Assembly: GCA_964606285.1 (NCBI GenBank)
Contig: CAZSFP010000002.1
Span: forward strand, 43,890 to 107,889
Direction: 5' to 3'
DNA: 64,000 bases
Source of the DNA: an uncultured Candidatus Saccharibacteria bacterium
GTDB lineage: Bacteria; Patescibacteriota; Minisyncoccia; Phycocordibacterales; UBA9973
Below are positions 17,843 through 26,939 of the stretch, piece by piece. Numbering within the stretch: the first letter of the stretch is position 1; each line of letters opens with the position of its first letter. A program made the position numbers and the translations under genes. The notes under the pieces are model-generated. The model was not told where the DNA came from and made no database searches. It saw only the letters and a program-made list of their open reading frames with translations.

Positions 17843-17865
17843 CCTCTCCTAGATTAGGAGAGGGT
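17843..17865. repeat. REP-like 23-bp palindrome CCCTCTCCTAGATTAGGAGAGGG (copy 1)
   Basis: Near-perfect palindrome. An inverted partner lies at 17933-17955, and a third copy at 59311-59334. Confidence 0.6.
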
Positions 17866-17932
17866 TGGGGTGAGGTCGATATCTGTATCAAAAAAATACT
17901 ACAATACTTCAACCTCATCCGCCTTTCAGGCA

Positions 17933-17955
17933 CCTTCTCCTAATCTAGGAGAAGG
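17933..17955. repeat. REP-like 23-bp palindrome CCTTCTCCTAATCTAGGAGAAGG (copy 2). Together with copy 1 and the flanking GGGGTGAGGT/ACCTCATCC it forms a roughly 115-bp imperfect hairpin.
   Basis: Reverse complement of copy 1, with two substitutions. Confidence 0.6.
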
Positions 17956-17961
17956 GGAAAC

Positions 17962-17990
17962 AAAAACCCCTCGATAGCGAGGGGTTTTTA
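17962..17990 (-). terminator. Intrinsic terminator of the infC-rpmI-rplT operon (AAAAACCCCTCGctatCGAGGGGTTTTT)
   Basis: Perfect 9-bp GC stem flanked by A- and T-runs, immediately downstream of rplT on the minus strand. Confidence 0.7.
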
Positions 17991-18335
17991 TTATGCGACT
18001 GCTTTGACGATTTTTTCAAAGACTGCTGGTTCGTGTTCTGCAAAGTATGCGAGAACTTTTCGATCGAGTGATACATTCTTTTTCTTGAGTGCATCGATGA
18101 ACTTTGAGTAGGAGAGACCGTGTGGGCGAACCGCAGCATTGAGTTTGACGTTCCAAAGTGTGCGGCGGTCAGCTTTCTTGTCTTTGCGGTGTGCAAAGGC
18201 ATAACTGCCGGCATGAACGATTGCTTCTTTTGCGAGAGCCTCTTTGTTTTTTCGTCCAAAACGAAATCCTTTTGTCTGAGCAAGGACGTTCTTTCGGCGC
18301 TTGTTTTTGATTGTTCCTCGTTTAACGCGTGTCAT
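17991..18335 (-). CDS. rplT: 50S ribosomal protein L20
   Basis: MTRVKRGTIKNKRRKNVLAQTKGFRFGRKN… matches the L20 N-terminus; 114 aa. Confidence 0.95.
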   Translation of the reverse strand: MTRVKRGTIKNKRRKNVLAQTKGFRFGRKNKEALAKEAIVHAGSYAFAHRKDKKADRRTLWNVKLNAAVRPHGLSYSKFIDALKKKNVSLDRKVLAYFAEHEPAVFEKIVKAVA

Positions 18336-18366
18336 AAAGTTAGATTATATGTAGGTATTAGTAATA

Positions 18367-18555
18367 TTAAATGCCAAATGGGAGCATACGGCCTTGCATT
18401 TTGCTGGTCATAACAAAGTTTTGAGCCTTTTTGCCGTTCAATTGCTTGACGCGGGATTGCTTGGCATTGTTGTGGTTAAACCCTGGTTTTCGGGCGAGAA
18501 CCTTGCCGTTCTTTGTTATTTTGAGTCTTTTTGTGTAGGATTTGTTTGTTTTCAT
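18367..18555 (-). CDS. rpmI: 50S ribosomal protein L35
   Basis: 62 aa, MKTNKSYTKRLKITKNGKVLARKPG… matches L35. Confidence 0.9.
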   Translation of the reverse strand: MKTNKSYTKRLKITKNGKVLARKPGFNHNNAKQSRVKQLNGKKAQNFVMTSKMQGRMLPFGI

Positions 18556-18556
18556 A

Positions 18557-19066
18557 CTATTTTTTGTTTCTTTCGATAGTGACCGTGATGCCTTTCGGCC
18601 CCTTTTTCATGTCATCCGCAATCTTATACTCTTCTGTGATTAAATGCAAGATCCGAGCCAATCGTTCCTTAAGGAAACCTTCTTCCATGTATTTTGCACG
18701 TCCGGCGAGATAGAGCTCGATTTTGATACGGTGGCCGTCCTTGAGCCAGTCAGATGCCATCTTGGCCTTGAGTGCGAGGTCGTGTTCACCGGTACCGATC
18801 TTGATTTGGATAGACTTTGTCTCGGTAATCTTTGCTTTTGATTTGGCAAGCTTCTGCTTTTTGTTCAAATCGTATTGGAATTTGCCGTATTCCATGATTT
18901 TTGCAAGTGGCGGATTGCTGTTTGGGTTGATTTCGATCAAATCGAGACCTTTTTCATGAGCAAGGTTCATTGCGTCTCTGAGAGTCATGACGCCGATATT
19001 GTCACCGTTCTCATCGAGAACCCGAAGCTCGGCTGCGCGTATATAGTTGTTGATGCGTTCTTTCAA
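18557..19066 (-). CDS. infC: Translation initiation factor IF-3 (non-AUG start; the ORF track uses TTG at 19064-19066)
   Basis: 169 aa with IF-3 N- and C-domain motifs (…IRAAELRVLDENG…EKGLDLIEINPNSNPPLAKIMEYGKF…). infC classically uses an unusual start codon. Confidence 0.9.
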   Translation of the reverse strand: MKERINNYIRAAELRVLDENGDNIGVMTLRDAMNLAHEKGLDLIEINPNSNPPLAKIMEYGKFQYDLNKKQKLAKSKAKITETKSIQIKIGTGEHDLALKAKMASDWLKDGHRIKIELYLAGRAKYMEEGFLKERLARILHLITEEYKIADDMKKGPKGITVTIERNKK

Positions 19067-19238
19067 TGGCGATGGTAAATATACTAATGAATAGAAAGAC
19101 CATCATAGTAAAAAATAGGCAAAAAGTCAATCCCGACGTAAGGTCAGGACCCCGACCAAAGCGTCTGGAATAGGATAATTTCCTTTACTTTTTCCATATT
19201 TCTTGTATTATAATAAAAAATCTAAAATAATCGTGTTT

Positions 19239-19655
19239 ATGAAAAAAATCCTGTTCTTTATTGTTTGTACTCCTTTTTTCTTCGGCTGTTCACTACCGGG
19301 CCAATCGAGTTTTTATCAAATCTATGATAGTTTCAAAGAAAAGGTCCCGGATGGTACTGTTGCTTCGTATATGGATGAGGCGAATTATTTCTTCATTTAT
19401 ATGGAAAAAGAAAATTTGGCCAAGGGAAACTATATGCGTGTTTTATTTGAAAATGAAACATTTAAAGACAGTGTTGAACTTTCATTTGATCCAGCATCAG
19501 ATCCATTTATTGCCGCCAATTGTAAAAAGTGTCCTTCTGGTACATATCTTGCAACGGTCACATATTTGAGATATGCGAGTATGTATATGAATTCAGTAGA
19601 GTCCTCATATTACACTGACACAGTTAAAGTGTTGCAATTACCCGAAAAGAATTAA
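19239..19655 (+). CDS. Putative lipoprotein (hypothetical)
   Basis: MKKILFFIVCTPFFFGCS… is a signal peptide plus a lipobox-like FFGC. Start taken at the second ATG of ORF 19203..19655. Confidence 0.5.
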   Translation: MKKILFFIVCTPFFFGCSLPGQSSFYQIYDSFKEKVPDGTVASYMDEANYFFIYMEKENLAKGNYMRVLFENETFKDSVELSFDPASDPFIAANCKKCPSGTYLATVTYLRYASMYMNSVESSYYTDTVKVLQLPEKN

Positions 19656-19722
19656 AAAATAAAAATATTGCTTCAAAAAAATCTCCGCCAACCGGTCGGA
19701 GATTTTATGCTATAGTCCTCGT

Positions 19723-20436
19723 ATGATTCTCCCTGTCTGGAAAAACATATATGAGACACCGCTTGCGTGTATCAATCGCACGAAGCTCTCACATCCTGAT
19801 CTTCTCGATCCGGTGACCTATGCCGGTCGGCTCGATCCCATGGCAGAAGGTGTTCTCTTGTTGCTCTCCGGTGATGATGTCCACAAGAAAGATGAATATC
19901 TTCATTTCGATAAAGAATATGAGATTGATGTTATTCTCGGACTTGCAACAGATACAGGAGATTTGCTCGGTTTACCAACTGTTGGAACTATACCGGATGA
20001 GAAAAATATCGAACAAACGATTCTTTCTTTTATCGGTATGTATGAACAATCATATCCATTATTCTCTTCTCGGACAGTTGCTGGAAAACAATTACACGAA
20101 TATGGTAGAGAGGGAACTGATGTTGCATTACCGTCTCATGCAGTAACAATACAAAATATTGAAATTATTTCTCGTGATCAAGTCTCACTTGTAGATCTCA
20201 CGGAACAAGCAATCAAAGCAACAGAAAATGTTACTGGTGATTTCCGACAATCTCAGATTGCAGGCGCGTGGAAAAATATAGAGAAAGAAGTATTATTCCC
20301 ACGTTACACGCTTCGAGTCACGTGTTCTTCAGGCACGTATATGCGTCAGTTAGCGATCGATATCGGCACACGTCTCGGTTCTATTGCGTGTACTTCTCGC
20401 ATTGTTCGCATACGAGTGGGGGAACATAGAATATAA
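19723..20436 (+). CDS. truB: tRNA pseudouridine(55) synthase TruB
   Basis: AGRLDPMAEGVLLL catalytic-Asp motif and TYMRQLAIDIG; 237 aa. Confidence 0.85.
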   Translation: MILPVWKNIYETPLACINRTKLSHPDLLDPVTYAGRLDPMAEGVLLLLSGDDVHKKDEYLHFDKEYEIDVILGLATDTGDLLGLPTVGTIPDEKNIEQTILSFIGMYEQSYPLFSSRTVAGKQLHEYGREGTDVALPSHAVTIQNIEIISRDQVSLVDLTEQAIKATENVTGDFRQSQIAGAWKNIEKEVLFPRYTLRVTCSSGTYMRQLAIDIGTRLGSIACTSRIVRIRVGEHRI

Positions 20437-20437
20437 A

Positions 20438-20470
20438 AATTTCCGAGACAATATCTCGGAAATTTTTAAT
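20438..20470. terminator. Bidirectional terminator between truB (+) and ssrA (-) (AAAAATTTCCGAGACAatatCTCGGAAATTTTT)
   Basis: Perfect 11-bp stem with A/T-runs on both sides. Confidence 0.65.
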
Positions 20471-20473
20471 TTG

Positions 20474-20857
20474 TGGAACTGGGCGGAATCGAACCGCCGT
20501 GCAATCATATTCTCAATACGAATCTCCGTGTGCAGATTCTTTCTTGTTTTAAATCATCTGTCTATGAAAGAAACAAAACAACAGACGATCGATCCCTGTG
20601 TTTCGGACGCTGTATCGGGAGGTACAACATTCCTATCATGAAATATGAAGCTCACTTTCTTCTATCATGAAATCAAAGAAGTGAACTGCTCGCGATTAAA
20701 CGCGGGCAAAAGCAAAGTTTGCCATACCGAAGTATGGAGACTTTACTCCTGAACGAAATGCGTTTGCATTTACGGTGTTGCAAGAAGTTTTGCGAGATTC
20801 CTGTGGACTCGACACGCACGCACTGAGGACACATGACTGTCTAGGCCTTTCAGTCCC
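20474..20857 (-). ncRNA. ssrA: tmRNA (ssrA), one-piece
   Basis: Minus-strand 5' end GGGACUG pairs with the 3' CAGUUCC. The 3' tRNA-like T-arm is GGCGGUUCGAUUCCGCC followed by CAGUUCC-A. The encoded tail is ACAA, so CCA is not fully encoded. The candidate tag ORF reads …GCA AAC UUU GCU UUU GCC CGC GUU UAA (ANFAFARV*). It lies immediately 3' of smpB. Confidence 0.75.
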
Positions 20858-20859
20858 AA

Positions 20860-21303
20860 TTATTTCAATTTCAATGTTCGCCGAATCTCACGATCGGTGT
20901 CTCGTTTTTTGATTGAGGCGCGCTTGTCATGTTTCTTTTTTCCCTTCATGAGCCCGAGCGCGATCTTGAGTTTCGCTCCTTTATTATACACTCGAAGTGG
21001 CACTAGTGTCAAACCCTTCTCATGGATGTCACGTTCGAGTACTTTGATTTCTTTTTTAGTAATAAGGAGTCGTCGTGTCCGGCGTGGATCATAATCGGTC
21101 GGTGTATTTTTTACCTGGTATGGCGGAATAAACATACCAATAATATAGAGCTCACCGCCACGAATGATGCTGTATGATCCTTCAAATGTTCCTTGTCCGT
21201 TTCGTAATGATTTCACTTCATGACCAAAAAGCTCGATCCCAACTTCGTAGGTTTCGATGATTTCATAATCAAATTTTGCTTTTCGGTGCTCGATCAATGC
21301 CAT
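20860..21303 (-). CDS. smpB: SsrA-binding protein SmpB
   Basis: 147 aa, …KAKFDYEIIETYEVGIELFGHEVKSLRNG… and a basic C-tail match the SmpB family. The stop codon is 2 nt from the tmRNA 5' end. Confidence 0.9.
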   Translation of the reverse strand: MALIEHRKAKFDYEIIETYEVGIELFGHEVKSLRNGQGTFEGSYSIIRGGELYIIGMFIPPYQVKNTPTDYDPRRTRRLLITKKEIKVLERDIHEKGLTLVPLRVYNKGAKLKIALGLMKGKKKHDKRASIKKRDTDREIRRTLKLK

Positions 21304-21360
21304 GAGCAGATTCTAACATATTGAATTGATTATGATATATCACCGTAGTATCATAAAGGC

Positions 21361-22794
21361 ATGACTACAGAAAACTTTGTTACTCGAGAAAGAGCAGAAA
21401 ATCTCTCTCCTTTGCATGTGGAGAAGATTGAAGAAATAAAAAGACCTAAAATTGAGATTACGAAAGATGGTAAACTTAGTATTGATGGAGTGATTCAAGA
21501 AAAATATACCGATGTAGATTTTGATAAAAATCCTCAGAAAAATAATTCTGATTTGATTCAATTTCGAGCCTTTTCTGATTCAAAAAGAGAAGACCATAAT
21601 TCGTATATTATTGATGTCAAAAATCCTGAAAAAGAACTTCTGGTTATTTCTCAGGATAAAAATAAAACTATTTTAGTAAATGGAAATAAATGGGATGCAC
21701 TGCAGGGTAAAGATGTCTATTTCGGAGGATATCATGTAGAAGTAGATCCAGAAGGAAAAAAAGTTGTTTTTCGAGAAACCGGACATGATAATGAGAGTGT
21801 TATCGTTAATAATGTTGAATGGAAAACAAAGTTTAAAGACGGGATAAGATTTGCTACTAGTAGGTTTGGTACGACGTATGCACTCGGTGGTGGTGTGTGG
21901 TATTCGAAATTGGTTGTTGATGACAAGGAATGGATATATCCAAAATCTGAACAAGGGAACAGTGCTCATGGTGATGAAATCCGAGATGCTGTAGTGAGTA
22001 AAAATGGTATTGTTGCGGGTGTGGTAAATCTGGCGAAGGGAGCAGGAGAGCATGTTTTTGTCGGCGATAAGATCGGTGCAAAAACAGAATGGAAACACGG
22101 AATGTATTCTATAGAAAAAATTATTATCGATGATAAAACTGACACTGTAGCTGTTTTTGGACAAACAGAATCTAGTTCAAGTAAAAAAAGTTTGATTATA
22201 AACGATATTCCGTATGACATTGAAGGTAATCCAACTTCTTTGGATGTATTTAAATTTGAAGATGGCGAGGTATACAAAGAGAGAGAAGGAGGAGTGCTCA
22301 TAGAATACAAAAATGCCCTCGGAGAAAAAGTGACCGAAAGAATTGAAGTTCGTGAAGGTGCCAAGGAAATCCAAGAACAGAAAGAGAAAAAAAGTAGCGA
22401 AGACAGAGCACTTGAAGATTTGCGTCGAATGATTGCAAAAGAAAATATTCCGCTCGAGGATATCCTCAAACGGTTGAAGAATACAGAAGGACTTGAAAAA
22501 GCGAATGAAAAAAATAAAGAATTGGAATCACAAATCAATGAACTTTCTGCAGAAAAAACAAAACTTGAAATGGGAATACAAAATATGAAAAAATCCCATG
22601 AAGAAGAAACAAGAAATTTGGAAGTACAATTATCAAGAGCAGAAATGGTTGTGAGAAAACTTGAGAATATTTTGAAAGACGCAACGAATGTGACATTTGG
22701 TTCAGACAAAAAATTGTCCGCTGATTCTATGAAATTGGCTATGGAAACTATCCAAGATTTACGAAAGAATAATAACTGGACTCCGGGAACATAA
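21361..22794 (+). CDS. Hypothetical protein with C-terminal coiled-coil (AT-rich, atypical codon usage)
   Basis: 477 aa. The N-terminal part is beta-rich and the C-terminal 120 aa is E/K-rich heptad-like. GC is about 33 %. Confidence 0.5.
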   Translation: MTTENFVTRERAENLSPLHVEKIEEIKRPKIEITKDGKLSIDGVIQEKYTDVDFDKNPQKNNSDLIQFRAFSDSKREDHNSYIIDVKNPEKELLVISQDKNKTILVNGNKWDALQGKDVYFGGYHVEVDPEGKKVVFRETGHDNESVIVNNVEWKTKFKDGIRFATSRFGTTYALGGGVWYSKLVVDDKEWIYPKSEQGNSAHGDEIRDAVVSKNGIVAGVVNLAKGAGEHVFVGDKIGAKTEWKHGMYSIEKIIIDDKTDTVAVFGQTESSSSKKSLIINDIPYDIEGNPTSLDVFKFEDGEVYKEREGGVLIEYKNALGEKVTERIEVREGAKEIQEQKEKKSSEDRALEDLRRMIAKENIPLEDILKRLKNTEGLEKANEKNKELESQINELSAEKTKLEMGIQNMKKSHEEETRNLEVQLSRAEMVVRKLENILKDATNVTFGSDKKLSADSMKLAMETIQDLRKNNNWTPGT

Positions 22795-22810
22795 AAACTA
22801 AAATCTAAGT

Positions 22811-22848
22811 AAAGAAAAAGACTTCCTCAAAACGAGAGAAGTCTTTTT
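22811..22848 (+). terminator. Intrinsic terminator (AAAGACTTCctcaaaacgagaGAAGTCTTT + TTC)
   Basis: 9-bp stem after the 21361..22794 gene. Confidence 0.5.
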
Positions 22849-23259
22849 CTTGTGGATACTAAGAATTGTAGTAATTTTATTTTCCAATAAAAAATCCCCG
22901 CGTGATGATTGGCGAGGAATTTTTTACCACGTGTTTTAGTGTGCGTTTTGTGTTCCGCGAATGGCATGATGATGCGCAAGGGAACTGCACTCTGCGTGGG
23001 TTTTCCTTTGATGATGGAACGATGGCGGTATTACATGCGCTTGTCCGATTGAACGAAGATAAGCTAACAGGAAGGGACCGACCAGGCGTAACTATACAAA
23101 TGGCGTTGTAATTTACATTGCAACGAAAGAACTATGTACTTTATGCTGACGTCTCAGAATAAGATACATTGATTACTGTATACTCCTTTATGCTTCAAAA
23201 GGCAACTATATATAGTCTATGGATGCAAAAAAGCCTGTTTTCATATATACTGTCTCGAT

Positions 23260-25188
23260 ATGGCATCACCATTTCCAAAGAACAAAAAGAATACCAATAA
23301 CGGTAAAGACAAGAACAAAAAGGAGGTCAAGGTCGTCCTTGGGCTCGGTAATATGATTACCGGCGTCATCCTCTTTTTTATTGTTCTATCCGCACTGTAT
23401 TCACTTATAGGTGAAAAGAAATCTCAAGTAACAGATGTCCCTATATCGACATTGGCAGGGGAAGTGATCAACGGCGAAATCAAGGCAATCAGTGTCTTGA
23501 ACGACAAAATCAAGATTGAACGCACAGATGGGGCACTCCAAGAATCAAAAAAAGAAACCGGTGCATCGCTTGTTGAAACCTTGACGAGTTATGGTGTGAC
23601 ACCAGTGCAACTCGCTGCTGTTGAAATATCAGTTGAAAATGAAAGCGGTATTGGTTACTGGATCGTATCACTCCTTCCAATCGTACTCCCGATACTTCTC
23701 ATTTTCGGATTCCTTTGGTTTCTTTCACGACAAATGAAAGGATCTGGCATGCAAGCATTTACCTTTGGTCAATCCAAGGCAAAACTGACTGATCCAAATG
23801 ACAAGAACAACCGAGTAACGTTTGCTGACGTTGCTGGCAATAAAGAAGCAAAGCAGGAATTGCTCGAGATTGTCGACTTTCTTCGTAATCCAAAAAAATT
23901 CCTCGACATCGGTGCGCAAATTCCAAAAGGCGTGATGCTTACAGGTGCACCGGGTACTGGTAAAACACTTCTTGCGCGCGCAGTCGCGGGGGAAGCGTCT
24001 GTACCATTCTTTCATCTCTCAGGTTCTGAATTTGTCGAAATGTTTGTCGGTGTCGGAGCATCACGTGTTCGTGATCTCTTCCAAATGGCAAAACGCGCAT
24101 CACCATCTATTGTCTTTATCGATGAAATCGATGCCGTCGGTCGTGTGCGTGGTACTGGTGTTGGCGGGGGCAATGATGAGCGCGAACAGACACTTAACCA
24201 GATTCTCGTCGAGATGGATGGCTTTGAACCAAATGAAAAAGTTATCGTTATCGCTGCGACAAACCGAAATGATGTCCTTGATCCAGCACTTCTTCGTCCG
24301 GGTCGATTTGATCGTCGGGTCATGCTCGATCTTCCAGATCTCGCTGATCGTGAAGAGATACTGAAAATTCATGCTCGCAAGAAACCATTTGCCGAAGATG
24401 TAAAGCTTCGTACGATTGCCGAACGAACTCCAGGATTCTCTGGTGCCGATCTCTATTCACTGATGAATGAAGGCGCGATTCTTGCTGCTCGTGAAAATCG
24501 CACAACAGTTGCACAAACCGATCTCATTCGATCTATCGAAAAAGTTATCATGGGTCCGGAACGATCAAGTCATCTCTTGTCTAAAAAAGAAAAAGAAATT
24601 ACCGCGTATCACGAAGCGGGGCATGCAATCGTTTCGTCAGTTTTGGAATACGCTGATCCTGTTCACAAAGTAACGATCATTTCTCGTGGTCGTGCAGCTG
24701 GATATACACTCAAGCTTCCACTCGAAGAAAAAAAACTACAGTCAAAAAATGAATTTCTTGATGATCTCGCTGTCTCGATGGGAGGTTATGCTGCAGAGCA
24801 ATTGATCTTTGGTGATATCACGACCGGACCGTCAAATGACTTGCAGGTTGCAACAGGGCTTGCGCGTGCCATGGTGACACGATGGGGTATGAGTGACGTT
24901 ATCGGTCCGATGGCACTTGAAAGCGATGGAGGACGAGCAATGTTTGGTGACGGAATCAATGACGATGTATTGTCGAAATCTTCTTCCGGAAAAATTAGCA
25001 GTGAGGTCAAAAAGATTCTCGACGAAGCACTTGTCCGTGCAAACAAGGTACTCGCTGATCATCGTGGCGCTTTTGATGCGATTGCAAAGAAATTGATCGA
25101 AGTAGAAACACTTGAACAAGCTGAGTACGAAGTCATTCTTCAAAAACACGGTATTGCACTCAAAAAACTCCCGGAAAATAAAGCATAA
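23260..25188 (+). CDS. ftsH: ATP-dependent zinc metalloprotease FtsH
   Basis: TM segments, AAA motifs ([18 protein letters not shown]…), an SRH motif, and the HEAGH zinc site. Confidence 0.95.
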   Translation: MASPFPKNKKNTNNGKDKNKKEVKVVLGLGNMITGVILFFIVLSALYSLIGEKKSQVTDVPISTLAGEVINGEIKAISVLNDKIKIERTDGALQESKKETGASLVETLTSYGVTPVQLAAVEISVENESGIGYWIVSLLPIVLPILLIFGFLWFLSRQMKGSGMQAFTFGQSKAKLTDPNDKNNRVTFADVAGNKEAKQELLEIVDFLRNPKKFLDIGAQIPKGVMLTGAPGTGKTLLARAVAGEASVPFFHLSGSEFVEMFVGVGASRVRDLFQMAKRASPSIVFIDEIDAVGRVRGTGVGGGNDEREQTLNQILVEMDGFEPNEKVIVIAATNRNDVLDPALLRPGRFDRRVMLDLPDLADREEILKIHARKKPFAEDVKLRTIAERTPGFSGADLYSLMNEGAILAARENRTTVAQTDLIRSIEKVIMGPERSSHLLSKKEKEITAYHEAGHAIVSSVLEYADPVHKVTIISRGRAAGYTLKLPLEEKKLQSKNEFLDDLAVSMGGYAAEQLIFGDITTGPSNDLQVATGLARAMVTRWGMSDVIGPMALESDGGRAMFGDGINDDVLSKSSSGKISSEVKKILDEALVRANKVLADHRGAFDAIAKKLIEVETLEQAEYEVILQKHGIALKKLPENKA

Positions 25189-25204
25189 TGATACACTCAT
25201 ATAT

Positions 25205-25486
25205 ATGAATCAGACGCAGATAAAAAAGTTGGCAGCGCTCGCCCGCATAGAAATATCAGACGAAGAACTCGCGTCATTTTCTGCCGATCTCGGTGCGATA
25301 TTGGCGTATGTCGATCAGATTCGAGCGGTGACAGAAAAAGTCGGTGATGTTGCAGGCCAGGAAATGCTGGACAATGTTGCACGTGTCGATGTCGTCACTC
25401 GAACAACTGGTGAATACACTGATTCGATTTTATCGCTTGCACCTGATCGCGACGGAAACTATGTCAAAGTAAAAAAGATTTTATAA
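25205..25486 (+). CDS. gatC: Asp/Glu-tRNA(Asn/Gln) amidotransferase subunit C
   Basis: About 93 aa, …IKKLAALARIEISDEELASFSADLGAILAYVDQI… matches GatC. Start corrected to the ATG at 25205. Confidence 0.8.
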   Translation: MNQTQIKKLAALARIEISDEELASFSADLGAILAYVDQIRAVTEKVGDVAGQEMLDNVARVDVVTRTTGEYTDSILSLAPDRDGNYVKVKKIL

Positions 25487-25491
25487 TTTGT

Positions 25492-26931
25492 ATGACTACC
25501 ATCGATCTCAAAAATCTCACAATAGAAAAAGCACATGCGGCTCTCGTAGCGGGTGAGTATACCGTGCGTGATCTTGTCCGTGCGTATCAAACTGTCGCAA
25601 AAGAAAAAAACGGAGATATCAATGCATATCTCGAAATCTTTCGCGATGAAGTCATCGACGAGCAGATCGATCGCGCACAGGATATGTTCACTGTCGGCAC
25701 CGCAACTGCGCTTACCGGTATTCCTGTTGCCATCAAAGACAATATGCTCATGAAGGGTGAAATTTCCAGTGCGTCGTCAAAGATACTTGGTAATCATCAA
25801 GCGGTCTATGATGGTACGGTTATAAAAATTTTGAAAGATGCCGGTGCGGTTATTCTCGGCCGGACAAACATGGATGAATTTGCCATGGGGTCATCAACTG
25901 AAAACAGTGCGTATGGTCCGACAAAAAATCCTGTTGCATTTGATCGTGTACCAGGAGGATCATCCGGTGGTAGTGCAGCGGCGGTTGCTATGGATGGTGC
26001 GCTTATTTCATTTGGTTCAGATACCGGCGGATCGATCCGTCAACCAGCAGCATTTTGTGGACTTGTCGGACTCAAGACTTCATATGGTAGCGTGTCTCGA
26101 TCCGGATTGATCGCGATGGCATCATCTCTCGATCAGATCGGTCCGTTTACAAAAACTGTTAGTGAAGCAGAAACAATTTTCAATATGATAAGTACGTACG
26201 ATCCGCTTGATGGCACTTCTGTTCCAGTTGAAGTACGAGAAAAAATAAAAAATAATGCAAGTCCATTAAAAAAGAAAATTGGCGTGCCACGTGCATGGGT
26301 GGAGAGTGAAGGAATAGCAGAAAGTGTCAAAAAAAATTTTTCAGAAAATTTAAAAACATTGGAGGCGTGCGGCTATGAATTGGTTGATGTCGATATGTCG
26401 CTTGCCGAACACTCGCTCGCGGTCTATTACATCCTTATGCCAGCAGAAGTTTCGAGTAATCTTGCTTGTTTTGACGGTATTCGTTATGGACAAAGCAAGG
26501 ACGGGGTATCACTCCTTGATGTATATGAAAAAAGTCGTGCGCAAGGTTTCGGCAAGGAAACTCGGCGCCGTATTCTTCTCGGTACGTATATTCTCTCGCA
26601 TGGGTATTATGATGCATATTACGGCAATGCATGGCGTCTTCGCCGGGCAATTGAAAAAGAATTTGCAACGCTCTTTGAAACAGTGGATGCGATTGTTACA
26701 CCAACATCTCCGTTCCCGCCATTCAAACAAGGGGAGAAAACAGCAAACCCACTCGAAATGTATATGTCGGATCTTTTTACTGTTCCTGCAAACATCGCTG
26801 GTATTCCAGCAATCGCTATTCCGTCGGGGACTGATGCCGACGGACTACCAATGAGTATCCAGTTTATGGCACCGATGTTCCGTGAAGATATTCTCTTTTC
26901 CATAGGCAAGGATTTTGAACAGCGTGTATAA
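25492..26931 (+). CDS. gatA: Asp/Glu-tRNA(Asn/Gln) amidotransferase subunit A (amidase)
   Basis: 479 aa with the amidase signature GGSSGGSAAAVA and an S-cisS-K triad context. Confidence 0.9.
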   Translation: MTTIDLKNLTIEKAHAALVAGEYTVRDLVRAYQTVAKEKNGDINAYLEIFRDEVIDEQIDRAQDMFTVGTATALTGIPVAIKDNMLMKGEISSASSKILGNHQAVYDGTVIKILKDAGAVILGRTNMDEFAMGSSTENSAYGPTKNPVAFDRVPGGSSGGSAAAVAMDGALISFGSDTGGSIRQPAAFCGLVGLKTSYGSVSRSGLIAMASSLDQIGPFTKTVSEAETIFNMISTYDPLDGTSVPVEVREKIKNNASPLKKKIGVPRAWVESEGIAESVKKNFSENLKTLEACGYELVDVDMSLAEHSLAVYYILMPAEVSSNLACFDGIRYGQSKDGVSLLDVYEKSRAQGFGKETRRRILLGTYILSHGYYDAYYGNAWRLRRAIEKEFATLFETVDAIVTPTSPFPPFKQGEKTANPLEMYMSDLFTVPANIAGIPAIAIPSGTDADGLPMSIQFMAPMFREDILFSIGKDFEQRV

Positions 26932-26939
26932 TACGATAT

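Noticed and set aside
20438-22900. Genomic island integrated at the tmRNA 3' end, which is a classic hotspot.
   Set aside because: The ssrA 3' end (20474) directly abuts the core gene truB. The AT-rich hypothetical gene 21361-22794 lies on the smpB side, not at the ssrA 3' end, so there is no att-like repeat of the tmRNA 3' end.
22902-23111. 69-aa ORF MMIGEEFFTTCF… in the intergenic block upstream of ftsH.
   Set aside because: It has no promoter or SD context and no motif, and sits in a region better explained as noncoding. Kept only as a possible structured-RNA region in the findings.
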